This document shows, piece after piece, positions 1 to 10,161 of a DNA stretch of 64,000 bases; positions within the stretch are counted from its first letter, which is position 1; each line of letters opens with the position of its first letter. The notes below the pieces were generated by a model that was not told the origin of the DNA, made no database searches, and was given only the letters and a program-made list of their open reading frames with translations. Source of the DNA: an uncultured bacterium (GTDB lineage Bacteria > Hydrothermota > Hydrothermia > B15-G9 > WFZT01); NCBI GenBank assembly GCA_964398355.1, contig CAYNMM010000047.1:11738-75737 (forward strand), written 5' to 3'. A program made the translations under genes and the position numbers.

Positions 1-569
1 TCCATTATTGTCCCAACTCCCATTGTAATAGCCTGGCGGGGAACCTTGCTAATATCACCGTCGAAAAATCTTGCATTATCTTCAATTGTCTCTCTTGCGA
101 GGGTTTTTATCCTCGTTCTTGAGCCAAGTGATGAACCTGGCTCATTGAATCCAATATGTCCATCCCTACCAATTCCAAGGATCTGTAAATCAATACCACC
201 AAATTTCTTTATTCTCTCTTCATACCACTGACAATACGCTTCCACATCAGGAACCGTGCCGTCAGGAATATGAACATTTGAAGGGTTCACGTTTATGTGT
301 TTAAATAAATTTTCCCACATAAAAGTGTGATAACTCTCCGGGTGATCTTTTGGTAACCCGATATATTCATCAAGGTTGAATGTTACAATTTTTGAGAAAT
401 CAAGCCCCTCCTCTTTATGCATTTTGATCAGTTCTTTGTACAGTCCAATAGGTGTAGAACCAGTTGCGAATCCAATCACAGCATCTGGCTTTTTCTCCAC
501 AAGTTCCCGCACAAATTTTGCCGCCCTCCTTGACATCGCATCGTAGTCCTTTGTGATTATCACTCTCAT
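1..569 (-). CDS. nagB: glucosamine-6-phosphate deaminase (C-terminus lies beyond window start)
   Basis: Reverse-strand translation from ATG at 567-569 gives [40 protein letters not shown]...[23 protein letters not shown]...[15 protein letters not shown], collinear with E. coli NagB motifs. Not in the ORF track because there is no in-window stop. Confidence 0.8.
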   Translation of the reverse strand, partial: MRVIITKDYDAMSRRAAKFVRELVEKKPDAVIGFATGSTPIGLYKELIKMHKEEGLDFSKIVTFNLDEYIGLPKDHPESYHTFMWENLFKHINVNPSNVHIPDGTVPDVEAYCQWYEERIKKFGGIDLQILGIGRDGHIGFNEPGSSLGSRTRIKTLARETIEDNARFFDGDISKVPRQAITMGVGTIM

Positions 570-652
570 CGCTTCAACCTCCGTTTTTTTATTTTTTTGA
601 GCACTGTTTATTTGGTTAACCTCCCCACTCCATACTGTCAATACGCTTAATT

Positions 653-1141
653 TTAATGAGCCATACTTGCAGGACAAGAATCACTCATTTTGCATCTGCG
701 ACAAGATTTTTTATGCCAGAACATGACTATAAATGTTAGAAGAATAAAGAGAATCCAAAGAGGAAGCAACCTGAATTCGTGCTTCCAGAAAATCATCAAA
801 AACGGGAAGATCAATGGAATCCCCACACCAATACCCCATGTAAAACCTGCAAGTTTTATTCCAAGTTCATAATTCCCGGATCCCTTTTTAAACAAAAATG
901 CGGCCCACTTGCCCCATCCGGTAGAACATCTCTTATCATAGTAATAACAATTCGTACACAGATGTTTTCTAAGTACAAATGCAAGCATTACTATCAAAAA
1001 TAAGGCATAAATTGTGGAAAGAATTGGAAAATTGGAGATTCTTACAGAAGAAAGCAAAATGGTACCAACACTAAAGTAAACAATAAAGATTAAATTCTGT
1101 CCCAGTACCCACCACGCTGGATATTTTTCATAATGTTCCAT
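653..1141 (-). CDS. hypothetical polytopic membrane protein with Cys-rich loop ([11 protein letters not shown]) and C-terminal [10 protein letters not shown] motif
   Basis: ORF 653..1234. Start placed at internal Met ([11 protein letters not shown]) at 1141, which has an AGGAGG RBS and avoids overlapping the divergent amidohydrolase start. About 4 hydrophobic segments. Confidence 0.45.
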   Translation of the reverse strand: MEHYEKYPAWWVLGQNLIFIVYFSVGTILLSSVRISNFPILSTIYALFLIVMLAFVLRKHLCTNCYYYDKRCSTGWGKWAAFLFKKGSGNYELGIKLAGFTWGIGVGIPLIFPFLMIFWKHEFRLLPLWILFILLTFIVMFWHKKSCRRCKMSDSCPASMAH

Positions 1142-1200
1142 TTGTAATTTAATCCTCCTTTTGTTAGAATTATACGGAATTTGATTCGTGGAGGGAAGAA

Positions 1201-2550
1201 ATGTTATTACTAAAAAACTGCAGATACGTTGCAACCTTTGACGATGAAAATCACGAATTCCAGGGATACGATATTCTTATTGACGGAAATGTAATAAAGA
1301 GGATTTCGAAAAATATTGACTCAAACATTGCCCAAAAAATTGATTGTTCAAAGCATCTTGTAATCCCGGGACTCGTTAACACACATCACCATTTTTTTCA
1401 AATACTTACGAGAAACCTAAGAGGTGCTCAGAATTTAAAACTATTTGACTGGCTTGTTTATCATTATCCTATCTGGAAGAAGATCGATGAGGAAGCGATC
1501 TATTATTCTACAAAACTCGCACTTGTGGAACTCCTGAAAACAGGAGCAACGACCGTTTCCGACCACCATTACTTACATCCAGTAGGGGTTAACTCAGACA
1601 TTATGGAAATACAGGTGGGCGTGGCAAAGGAGCTCGGAGTAAGATTTGCTCCTACAAGAGGATCTATGACAATGGGGGTTAAACAGGGGGGATTGCCTCC
1701 GGAGGAAGTTGTCGAACCAGACGCTATTGTAATCAAGGATATGCAGGACGTAATTGAGAAATTCCATGATCCATCGCCATTTTCCATGACCAGAGTAATC
1801 CTTGCCCCCTGTAGCCCGTTCAATGTAACACTTGATCTCATGAGGGAGACTGTAAAAATTGCGAGAAGTTATGGAGTTTTCATGCACACGCATCTTGCTG
1901 AGACTCTGGATGAGCAGGATTACTGCCTGAACAAATACGGCAAGAGACCACTCGCTCTTATGGAAGAGCTGGATTGGCTGGGACAGGACGTATTTTTCGC
2001 TCACGGCATCTGGTTCAACGATGAGGAGATGAAGTTATTGAAGGAGACGCGGACTGGTATCGCCCATTGTCCATCTTCAAACATGAGACTTGGGTCCGGT
2101 ATAGCAAGAATTAGAGAAATGTTAGATATGGGAATAAGAGTGGGACTTGCGGTCGATGGTTCAGCATCAAATGACTCTTCTGACATGCTGGGAGAAGTAA
2201 GAAATGCCATGTTGTTGCAGAGAGTTAAATACGGCCCAACAGGGCTGACTGCACGAGAAGCCCTGAGAATCGCAACAAGAGGTGGGGCTGACATTCTGGG
2301 ATTCGAAAAAGTGGGACAGATAAAAGAAGGATTTGCCGCTGATATTACCCTTTTCAACCTTGAAAAACTTCAGCATGCAGGTAGTTTAAGCGATCCGGTG
2401 GCATCCATAATTTTTACAGGTTACAACCACGAAGTTGACTATTCCATAATCAATGGAAAAATTGTGGTTGAAAATGGAAAGGTAAAGGGCGTTGACGAGG
2501 AAGAATTGACTCATCAAGTTAACAAAATAGCTAACGAATTATTATCATAG
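1201..2550 (+). CDS. amidohydrolase-superfamily deaminase/hydrolase (8-oxoguanine deaminase / AtzB / SsnA-like)
   Basis: 449 aa. N-terminal LIKNxRYVATFDD...DILIDG and metal-binding VNTHHHFFQ motif typical of the HxHHH amidohydrolase subgroup. GGAGGG RBS. Confidence 0.7.
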   Translation: MLLLKNCRYVATFDDENHEFQGYDILIDGNVIKRISKNIDSNIAQKIDCSKHLVIPGLVNTHHHFFQILTRNLRGAQNLKLFDWLVYHYPIWKKIDEEAIYYSTKLALVELLKTGATTVSDHHYLHPVGVNSDIMEIQVGVAKELGVRFAPTRGSMTMGVKQGGLPPEEVVEPDAIVIKDMQDVIEKFHDPSPFSMTRVILAPCSPFNVTLDLMRETVKIARSYGVFMHTHLAETLDEQDYCLNKYGKRPLALMEELDWLGQDVFFAHGIWFNDEEMKLLKETRTGIAHCPSSNMRLGSGIARIREMLDMGIRVGLAVDGSASNDSSDMLGEVRNAMLLQRVKYGPTGLTAREALRIATRGGADILGFEKVGQIKEGFAADITLFNLEKLQHAGSLSDPVASIIFTGYNHEVDYSIINGKIVVENGKVKGVDEEELTHQVNKIANELLS

Positions 2551-2775
2551 TTTGCGTAAGGGGGACGTTGAAAACGCAAAAATCTTAGAAACTTGCATTT
2601 AGAGCTGTAACACGGTCGCTGGGAACCTTGAGTGTGAAAACCGTCTATTTCTAACTCAATCTTATTCACTGCTCAAGCGTCAACTTAATTTTCAAAAGCA
2701 TCCAGAAGGACTATGTGAGACTATCCCCAGAATACTGGTTGCAATTTCCAAAAACATCAGGATCGGCTCACCCGT

Positions 2776-3513
2776 TTAAACTTCTTTTAGTAACCATTCT
2801 AACATGACTTCGCTAACCTCACGGGCTTTCTCAATCATTACCATGTGTCCAGCATCTTTTACCACGTAAAGCTTAGCCAGGGGAAGAACTTCCTTCATTT
2901 TAAGAATATCCTCTAAAGGAACAAGTTTGTCTTTTTCACCTTGTATCAATAAAACTGGATTTCCGAACTTTTGAAGCTCCTTTTCGTAATTGACATCTGA
3001 AACTGCCTTCAGATCGCATTCAAGTGCACTCTTTGACTTTGACAATATAATGTCAGCGGTTTTCAAGCACCGTTCAATTGCTTCCTCAGAATAAAACAGG
3101 TTTCGGCAAAATTCAAAAGAGCTTTCGGGAGGGTCTCTTTTTTCTATCCTATAGGAGGAGGATATCAGCACAACACCATTGGGAGTCTCTCCATTTTTAA
3201 TATATTCCTCGATAATCAAACCACCCATTGAGTGTCCAACTAACACCAGTTTATCAGTAGTCAAATTGAGTTTTCTAATAAATTCTTCGAGAAATTCTGC
3301 ATAACAGAGAATACTACTGCAAGGAGATCCACCGCTATTTCCATGACCGGGTAAATCAACTGCATAAAGGTTAAAAAAATCTTTTAGATGTTCAAGTTGA
3401 TAGTACCAGTTAAGGTGATTTCCCCCAGCTCCGTGCAAAAGTACAAGATTTTTTTGACCACCTGTTCTTACTGAATAAAAAATCCTGTTCCCCCGGACCT
3501 TTAAATATGGCAT
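2776..3513 (-). CDS. alpha/beta-fold hydrolase
   Basis: 245 aa. HGAGGNHLNW oxyanion region and GHSMGG nucleophile elbow. Confidence 0.75.
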   Translation of the reverse strand: MPYLKVRGNRIFYSVRTGGQKNLVLLHGAGGNHLNWYYQLEHLKDFFNLYAVDLPGHGNSGGSPCSSILCYAEFLEEFIRKLNLTTDKLVLVGHSMGGLIIEEYIKNGETPNGVVLISSSYRIEKRDPPESSFEFCRNLFYSEEAIERCLKTADIILSKSKSALECDLKAVSDVNYEKELQKFGNPVLLIQGEKDKLVPLEDILKMKEVLPLAKLYVVKDAGHMVMIEKAREVSEVMLEWLLKEV

Positions 3514-3701
3514 TACTCCATTTCTTCTTCGAGTTTCTCAATCTCCTTTTTAATCCTGGAAATCTTTTTGTCGATACTCTCTTCCTTTATGCGAGTTTTT
3601 TCCAGGAACTCCTCACCGGTCCAGGGGGTGACAAAAAGGGCAATTATTCCCCCAAAAAACAGTCCAAGTAAAAACCATACAAAGCTTTCTTTAAACTTCA
3701 T
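3513..3701 (-). CDS. small membrane-anchored coiled-coil protein (hypothetical)
   Basis: 62 aa with one N-terminal TM helix followed by a charged KEE-rich helix. Abuts the hydrolase start (ATG/stop overlap). Confidence 0.35.
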   Translation of the reverse strand: MKFKESFVWFLLGLFFGGIIALFVTPWTGEEFLEKTRIKEESIDKKISRIKKEIEKLEEEME

Positions 3702-3705
3702 AACC

Positions 3706-4077
3706 TTACTCCTTTCTTATTGCATTTTCTATGTATCTTATCTCGACTCTGTCCTTATTAAATTTTACACCAATTACATCAAATCTCAAATCATAGTCAT
3801 GAAATTCCGGGTGTGACTCAACGTAAAGGAGTGCAGTATTCAACAACTTATTTACCTTTGCAGGTCCAATTGTCTCAACTGGATCCATCTCCATTTTATC
3901 ACTCGAAAAACTCCTTACTTCAACAAATACGAGTGTGTGTTTCTTCTTGACGATAATATCAATCTCTCCACCCCTCCATCTGAAATTTCTATCAACGACC
4001 CTATATCCTTTATTCATCAAAAATTTCAGGGCAACATCCTCCCCTTTCCTGCCTCTATCAACCCTGGAATTTCTCAT
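3706..4077 (-). CDS. yraN: YraN-family (UPF0102) endonuclease
   Basis: 123 aa with GEIDIIV...VFVEVRS core typical of YraN. 4-nt ATGA overlap with the upstream GWxTD gene. Confidence 0.65.
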   Translation of the reverse strand: MRNSRVDRGRKGEDVALKFLMNKGYRVVDRNFRWRGGEIDIIVKKKHTLVFVEVRSFSSDKMEMDPVETIGPAKVNKLLNTALLYVESHPEFHDYDLRFDVIGVKFNKDRVEIRYIENAIRKE

Positions 4078-5369
4078 TGTCCCCGTATTTCCTCTTCAGA
4101 AATGTATCTCCTCCAATCAGGCAACCCGGGTTCATCCTTATTGGTTGAGTATATGAGTTTATAATCACCATTATTTTGAATATCTGCAAAGATGAAAACC
4201 CAATTTTCGTTGTAATAGTACCATTTCTCCATATCGGGACGTGGGCCTTCCATTGAAACTCTCTTTATCTCATCAGGTTCTCCATACTTTATCAATATTC
4301 TACCGCGATCCGTATATCTTCCCTTTTTATGGAATCTTGTATATTTCCTGTCAGCCTCTTTCACCCTTGCAATAAACTCCTCAAGAAACTCGTTCTCCGG
4401 TGTTTTCGGATCTGGATCTCTCCTGGCCCAGAATTTCTTCAAAAACAAATATTTTGCCTTCTCGTCTTTAATCTGATGATACTTTTTAAGCTCTGTCGGA
4501 CTGGCAATGTAATCAATGAATGAGATGTAATCCATTAATTCCGGAGAAATTTCCTTCTCACCAAAGGTATAGTAAAAAGGTGCTTCAATCTGAACATGCT
4601 TCTTGTGTGACAAATCTGTAAAATCAAGAACCAATGAGTACTCCCCCTCATCGTTAATGCCATCCAGTAATATTGCTCCTACACCAACATGTTTTTTATC
4701 AATCTTTATCACTTCTGGAGAATTTCTAAGGATAGGAGTACCATCCTCTCGATAAATCAGTGCATTTAATACAGCTGTGCATGTATCTTTACTGTAAATT
4801 TCGTAAAAATAAAGTAGTGTATCCTTCTGTGGGCTATAACTTCTAACAGGATTTGGTATAAAACTCAGGCCATATTTGAAAAAATCAGGTATAGTATCTT
4901 TTGTGACATTCCACAAAAATTCTATATCAGAGGTAAGGAGGGGGGCTGAAGTATCTCCATGAGATATGGATATAGTTGTATCTATAACACCTTTAGAACC
5001 ATTTAAGGAATCTTCAACAACAAATCTTACGTGATATTCTCCAGAGGTAACAAGAAGAGAGAGCTGGTCAATTAGATAATTCTGTCCTGTCCTGGCAGAG
5101 ACATGCTGTTTCCAGTGTTGCTCAACGGGTTTCTTTCCTTTCGATTCAAGGAAGAAATTGTATGTTATTGTCCTTTGACCTGAGGTGTCACTCGAGAAAC
5201 CTTGAAGTTCAACAAGGTAGTAAAACTCCAGTTTTTTGATTCCGGGAGCCTCATTAAAAACGGCATGGTCAAGATAAAATCTGATAGGCCCCTGGCTGAC
5301 TATTATGTTACTTGCATGAGGGAAACTAATTAATCCTGTCAAAAAGATCAGGTGGATAATAAAGTTCAT
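4074..5369 (-). CDS. secreted GWxTD-domain protein (paralogue 2)
   Basis: Start placed at Met12 (MNFIIHLIFLTGLISF, signal-like) with GGAGG RBS. C-terminal domain KKFWARRDPDPKTPENEFLEEFIARV...YTDRGRILIKYGEPDEI...WYYY matches the GWxTD (TIGR04514-type) domain as recalled. Confidence 0.55.
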   Translation of the reverse strand: MNFIIHLIFLTGLISFPHASNIIVSQGPIRFYLDHAVFNEAPGIKKLEFYYLVELQGFSSDTSGQRTITYNFFLESKGKKPVEQHWKQHVSARTGQNYLIDQLSLLVTSGEYHVRFVVEDSLNGSKGVIDTTISISHGDTSAPLLTSDIEFLWNVTKDTIPDFFKYGLSFIPNPVRSYSPQKDTLLYFYEIYSKDTCTAVLNALIYREDGTPILRNSPEVIKIDKKHVGVGAILLDGINDEGEYSLVLDFTDLSHKKHVQIEAPFYYTFGEKEISPELMDYISFIDYIASPTELKKYHQIKDEKAKYLFLKKFWARRDPDPKTPENEFLEEFIARVKEADRKYTRFHKKGRYTDRGRILIKYGEPDEIKRVSMEGPRPDMEKWYYYNENWVFIFADIQNNGDYKLIYSTNKDEPGLPDWRRYISEEEIRGQ

Positions 5370-6465
5370 AATCTCCAAAACCTCCTCGATCAACAAAAAC
5401 AATGGTGAGATTTTTTTCGTAATAATACCAGACCTGATAAGGGAGGGTATTTATATCAAATGGATGACTATCAATCTCATCTGGAGGCCCGAGTTTAATA
5501 TAAACCCGCCCCCGATCCGTCAGGGAACCAAGGAAACGCCCGATAGAAAAATGCTCATTTGCGTAGGTAACCCTTTCGACAAACTCTTCCTCAAGTTCGT
5601 TCTCCGGAGTCCCTGGTGTGGGATCGTGTTTTTTCCAAAACTCTTTCCATAGTTTCATCTTTTCACCAGGTGGTGCCTTCTCTATCTTTTTCACTTCACT
5701 ATAAGGAGCTACATAGACAAGAGCAGGGATGTAATTGTCGAGATTTCCAATCAACACACTCCCACCTTTTTTGAAGATAAAAAAGCCATTTCTAACAAAT
5801 CTTTTATTTTTATCAAGAACGATCTCAAACTTTGCTACATACTTACCTCTGCGTAGCGTATCCGGCATTTCAAATGATATATCAAAGGAGCTGGTCCCCA
5901 TCTTTCTTATAACAGGTGTTAAGACAACCCCCTTTATAGGGACATTAAAAGATTTTTCCTCTTCACAAAGCTCAACCTTTGCCTCTATTCTGTGGAAGGA
6001 TTTACTCACAAGAAACCTGAATCGAATACTGTCTCCTGAGAATGATGGCCAACTTACAGTGTCACCGTTGACAGGTACTGGATCACTCAGACACTCGTTA
6101 TCAAAGCAATAATTTTTTAATTTTTTTACCTCTTCATGTTCAAAAATAGTCTCTCCTGTTCGTGAATTACTAACTTTGAGTTTAATCTTGAACTTATCAA
6201 GCTTCCTGATTCTGAATCTTTCAACCTTGATGAAAGGAGACGGTGTGGTAGTGTCAAATTTCACATACCAGAAATTTCCATATATAACATCCTTTTTCCG
6301 GTCAATTTCAGCTGCTATCTCTGCGGTACCTCTCGATTTCACGCTAATAAACTGTGAGGGAACTAACGCGGCAGCAATAAAAATTTCGATAGAATCCTGG
6401 CCAATGGGGGCTACATAAACATAGGCCTGAGATTTAAAAAGAGATAGTAAAAGAAACAGTAACAA
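5326..6465 (-). CDS. secreted GWxTD-domain protein (paralogue 1)
   Basis: 379 aa, TTG start directly abutting the htpX stop, signal-like N-terminus. C-terminal FWKKHDPTPGTPENELEEEFVERV...LTDRGRVYIKLGPPDEI...WYYY is the same domain as the downstream paralogue. Confidence 0.55.
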   Translation of the reverse strand: MLLFLLLSLFKSQAYVYVAPIGQDSIEIFIAAALVPSQFISVKSRGTAEIAAEIDRKKDVIYGNFWYVKFDTTTPSPFIKVERFRIRKLDKFKIKLKVSNSRTGETIFEHEEVKKLKNYCFDNECLSDPVPVNGDTVSWPSFSGDSIRFRFLVSKSFHRIEAKVELCEEEKSFNVPIKGVVLTPVIRKMGTSSFDISFEMPDTLRRGKYVAKFEIVLDKNKRFVRNGFFIFKKGGSVLIGNLDNYIPALVYVAPYSEVKKIEKAPPGEKMKLWKEFWKKHDPTPGTPENELEEEFVERVTYANEHFSIGRFLGSLTDRGRVYIKLGPPDEIDSHPFDINTLPYQVWYYYEKNLTIVFVDRGGFGDYELYYPPDLFDRIN

Positions 6466-7431
6466 TCAGCTCACCCCCATTCTTTTAGCCATTTCTTCGA
6501 GCCTTCTTATTCTATCTTCAATTGGGGGATGGGTAGAGAATAGTGAGGTGATACCTCCGCCGCGGAATGGGGTTACTATAAATAGATGGGCAGTGGCAGG
6601 ATTTGCTGACTGAAGTGGTCTCTTAGCTGCTCCATAGGCAAGTTTTCTCAAGGCGCTTGCGAGCGCAAGTGGATCCCTTGAAATCTTTGCACCTGTAGCA
6701 TCTGCCAGATATTCCCTTGATCGTGATATTGCAAGCTGTACAATCATGGCAGCAAGTGGTGCAAGTATAGAGATCAGTAGAATGACCAGTAAATTGCCAC
6801 CCCTATCTTCATCATCACCTCCAAAACCACCAAAAATAGCGGCCCAGCGTGCCATATAGGCAAGATAAGTGATGGCTCCAGCAATTGTAGCTGCAACTGT
6901 CATAATTAGAACGTCCCTATTCCTGATATGCGAAAGCTCGTGAGACAGCACTCCCCTCAACTCTCTCTCGGTCAACAGGTTCAGTATCCCGGTTGTCACT
7001 GCTACAGCAGCATGTCCCGGTCCCCTACCCGTAGCAAAAGCATTTGGATGGTCAGTTGGTATGATATAAACCCGCGGCTTGGGGATACCTGCTGCATGTG
7101 CAAGCTCACTAACAATCCTGTGTAACTCAGGAGCTTCCTGAGGAGAGACTTCTTTCGCCCTGTACATAGCGAGAACTATTTTATCACTCCACCAGTAAGA
7201 AACAAAATTCATAACCCCTGCCATCACAAGGGCTATGGTCATCCCACTTTTTCCACCTATCAAATCTCCAATAACCACAAGCAAAATTGTTAAAAGTGCC
7301 AGCAAAAGATATGTTTTTAGTTTCGACATCGAACACCTCCAATTTTTTATCGTTCGATAATTAATATTACACCTTTCTGATGTTGTCAAGCCCTGTAAAT
7401 TAGTAAATAATTTTTCTAAAAAGGAGGTCAA
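6466..7431 (-). CDS. htpX: M48-family zinc metalloprotease HtpX
   Basis: 321 aa with TM segments, [10 protein letters not shown] (HExxH) motif and C-terminal amphipathic tail. Confidence 0.85.
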   Translation of the reverse strand: MTSFLEKLFTNLQGLTTSERCNINYRTIKNWRCSMSKLKTYLLLALLTILLVVIGDLIGGKSGMTIALVMAGVMNFVSYWWSDKIVLAMYRAKEVSPQEAPELHRIVSELAHAAGIPKPRVYIIPTDHPNAFATGRGPGHAAVAVTTGILNLLTERELRGVLSHELSHIRNRDVLIMTVAATIAGAITYLAYMARWAAIFGGFGGDDEDRGGNLLVILLISILAPLAAMIVQLAISRSREYLADATGAKISRDPLALASALRKLAYGAAKRPLQSANPATAHLFIVTPFRGGGITSLFSTHPPIEDRIRRLEEMAKRMGVS

Positions 7432-7434
7432 AAT

Positions 7435-8553
7435 ATGGCAAAATACAGGATTGCTCTCCTTCCGGGTGATGGAATTGGAAAAGATGTAATGGACGCAGCA
7501 GAAATTGTTTTACAGAAAATTGACCTGGATGCAGAGTACGTTTACGGCGACATAGGCTGGGAATTCTGGAAAAAAGAGGGAAACCCACTTCCGGATCGTA
7601 CACTGGAACTGCTCAGAAATTCAACATGCGCACTTTTCGGCGCAATAACGTCAAAACCCAAAGAAGAGGCTCAAAAAGAACTGGCCCCTGAACTTCAGGG
7701 TAAAGGTTATGAATATTTCAGCCCAATTGTAAGACTGAGACAGGAATTTGACCTTTACGTAAATTTAAGACCAGCAAAGGCCTTTAAAGGCAATCCTTTA
7801 AATTACAGAGACGACATTGACCTCGTTATTTTTAGAGAGAATACAGAAGGAATGTATGCAGGCGTTGAATTTTATCCTCTTCCAGAAGAAGTTAAACAGG
7901 TCTTATTAAAACATCATCCAAAGATGAAGAGATTCAAGGATATACCGAACGATGAAATTGCAATTTCCACGAGAATCATGACAAAAAAAGGATGTTATAG
8001 AATCGTTAAAGCAGCCTTTGAATATGCACGTAAACATGGAAGAAAATCTGTAACACTGGTTGAGAAACCAAACGTACTTAGAGAAACTGGTGGTCTCATG
8101 CTGAGAATTGCGAGAGAAATTGCTCAAGAATATCCTGATATTGAATACCGCGAAGCCAACGTTGATGCAATGGCTATGTGGCTTGTAAAAAACCCACAAG
8201 ATTACGACATTCTTGTTGCTGAAAATCTCTTCGGTGATATTATATCTGATCTTGCTGCGCAGCTCGTTGGAGGACTTGGATTCGCATCCAGTGGAAATAT
8301 CGGAGATAACTTTGCTGTGTTTGAACCCACACATGGATCGGCCCCTAAATACGCGGGGCAGTACAAAGTTAACCCAATGGCCATGTTACTCGCAGTAAAA
8401 CTTATGCTCGACTGGCTTGGTGAGCATGAGAAAGCACAGAGACTTGAAAAAGCTATAGCTGAAGTTATTGAAGAAGGTAAGGTTAGAACCTACGACATGG
8501 GGGGTACATCATCAACACTTGATGTGGCAAGAGCAGTTGCAGAGAGGATTTAG
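7435..8553 (+). CDS. isocitrate/3-isopropylmalate dehydrogenase family protein
   Basis: 372 aa. N-terminal [13 protein letters not shown] and [19 protein letters not shown] motifs of the beta-decarboxylating dehydrogenase family. LeuB versus Icd cannot be resolved by eye. Confidence 0.8.
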   Translation: MAKYRIALLPGDGIGKDVMDAAEIVLQKIDLDAEYVYGDIGWEFWKKEGNPLPDRTLELLRNSTCALFGAITSKPKEEAQKELAPELQGKGYEYFSPIVRLRQEFDLYVNLRPAKAFKGNPLNYRDDIDLVIFRENTEGMYAGVEFYPLPEEVKQVLLKHHPKMKRFKDIPNDEIAISTRIMTKKGCYRIVKAAFEYARKHGRKSVTLVEKPNVLRETGGLMLRIAREIAQEYPDIEYREANVDAMAMWLVKNPQDYDILVAENLFGDIISDLAAQLVGGLGFASSGNIGDNFAVFEPTHGSAPKYAGQYKVNPMAMLLAVKLMLDWLGEHEKAQRLEKAIAEVIEEGKVRTYDMGGTSSTLDVARAVAERI

Positions 8554-8591
8554 GTTAAGGGGGCGCGCCTTAAGGCGCGCCCCCTTAACCT
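8552..8591. terminator. 40-nt perfect GC-rich palindrome overlapping the stop codon (hairpin; no U-tract)
   Basis: AGGTTAAGGGGGCGCGCC-TTAA-GGCGCGCCCCCTTAACCT read directly. Sits at the 3' end of the dehydrogenase gene. Confidence 0.45.
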
Positions 8592-8937
8592 AAATCCTAA
8601 CACCTACCGCAGGTCCAAACATCTATCCCCCAGGCTTTGTACTCCATATAGACACGCTGTCGTTTTCAAAAATTGAGAGAATGTTATGTCCTGCTACTTT
8701 GCGAAAAAAATTTTTCTATATGCACTATAGACGGTTTCTTGAAACGAACCGCATTAAAAGAAGTAGGCCCCGCCTTGCAAATAGTACATACTAAACCCTG
8801 ACATCTATTAGAGCAGAACCACTATCCTGATCTTGAAAAATTCTCGCACGTCCACACTTTCGAGCTATTGACATTTTTGTTTTATTTAATTATCTCAAAT
8901 TTCATTATAAAACCTGGGTGATTGTTCAATTAAAATC

Positions 8938-10161
8938 TTGTATATTGAGGGTATGAAGAAGTTACCGAAGAATATTGTATATCTTGGTTTTGTTAGCTTT
9001 TTCACAGACTTTTCTACGGAGATGATATATCCACTGATCCCTGCGTTTCTTACAGGAGTCTTAGGGGTGGGAGCGGAGATCCTTGGTATTGTAGAGGGAG
9101 TTGCCGAAGCCACTGCGAGCATTTTGAAAGCCATTTCCGGCACTTTATCTGATAAATTTCCCCGGAGAAAGCCTCTCGTCATACTTGGATACACTTTATC
9201 GGCTCTTTCAAAGCCATTCATTGGAATTGCATCCACCTGGCAACACGTTTTGATCGCGAGATTCTCAGACAGAATAGGGAAAGGTATTAGAACCTCCCCA
9301 CGTGATGCACTTATATCAGATTCCATTTCGCCCGAGTTTCGAGGGCGTGCCTTTGGATTTCACAGATCAATGGACACACTTGGTGCTGTTTTTGGACCCC
9401 TCACGGCATTTGTCATCCTTGCTATATTTACACCCCGTCTTGGTATCTCCACAACGTATCGAATGATCTTTATCCTGTCAATAGTTCCCGGACTCACTGC
9501 AGTGGCGATTCTCACAAGGGTCAGGGAATCAGTGAGGAAAAAGGGGACTATTGACACTAAAGATTTTCTAAAAAATTATGCCATGCTGCCAAGAGGTTTC
9601 TGGGTCTTTCTCGGCATCATGCTTATATTTTCCCTGGGAAATTCATCCGATACTTTCATTCTTCTTATGGTAAAGGAGCGCGGTATTTCCGTAAAATCGA
9701 TTATGCTTCTCTACATGTTATTCAATATCGTCTACTCCTTAGTCTCGACTCCCGCAGGTATTCTTTCGGATCGGATCGGACGAAAAAATACTCTTCTCAT
9801 AGCCTTTTTAATCTACGGAATCACATATTTGTCCATAACCAGAATTTCCAGCATAGCTCATGTGATTATAATCTTCATACTTTATGGAATTTTTTATGGT
9901 TTTTACGAAGGGAGCTCAAGAGCTTTTGTGACAGATATAATTGGTAATTCTGATTTAAAAGGGACCGCTTATGGAATTTATCACATGGGAATTGGACTAA
10001 TGCTGTTACCAGCAAATTTTATCGCAGGTGTTTTATGGAAATCGTTCAATCCTGAAACAACCTTTTATTTTGGCGGGATTCTTGCTATACTATCCTTCAT
10101 CCTTCTAATCGGAGGTGCATCATGGATCAACCCGGTGAGAAATTATCCAAAGAAGAGTTAA
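8938..10161 (+). CDS. MFS transporter
   Basis: 407 aa, about 12 TM segments, MFS-type GxxSDRxGR(K) motifs (FSDRIGKG, LSDRIGRK). Confidence 0.75.
   Translation: MYIEGMKKLPKNIVYLGFVSFFTDFSTEMIYPLIPAFLTGVLGVGAEILGIVEGVAEATASILKAISGTLSDKFPRRKPLVILGYTLSALSKPFIGIASTWQHVLIARFSDRIGKGIRTSPRDALISDSISPEFRGRAFGFHRSMDTLGAVFGPLTAFVILAIFTPRLGISTTYRMIFILSIVPGLTAVAILTRVRESVRKKGTIDTKDFLKNYAMLPRGFWVFLGIMLIFSLGNSSDTFILLMVKERGISVKSIMLLYMLFNIVYSLVSTPAGILSDRIGRKNTLLIAFLIYGITYLSITRISSIAHVIIIFILYGIFYGFYEGSSRAFVTDIIGNSDLKGTAYGIYHMGIGLMLLPANFIAGVLWKSFNPETTFYFGGILAILSFILLIGGASWINPVRNYPKKS

Noticed and set aside
1142-1234. N-terminal 31-aa extension of the Cys-rich membrane protein ORF
   Set aside because: It would overlap the divergent amidohydrolase start. 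The internal Met at 1141 has an AGGAGG RBS.
8683-8796. 37-codon basic mini-ORF in the MFS leader
   Set aside because: No RBS, no conservation clues, and the length is within chance expectation.
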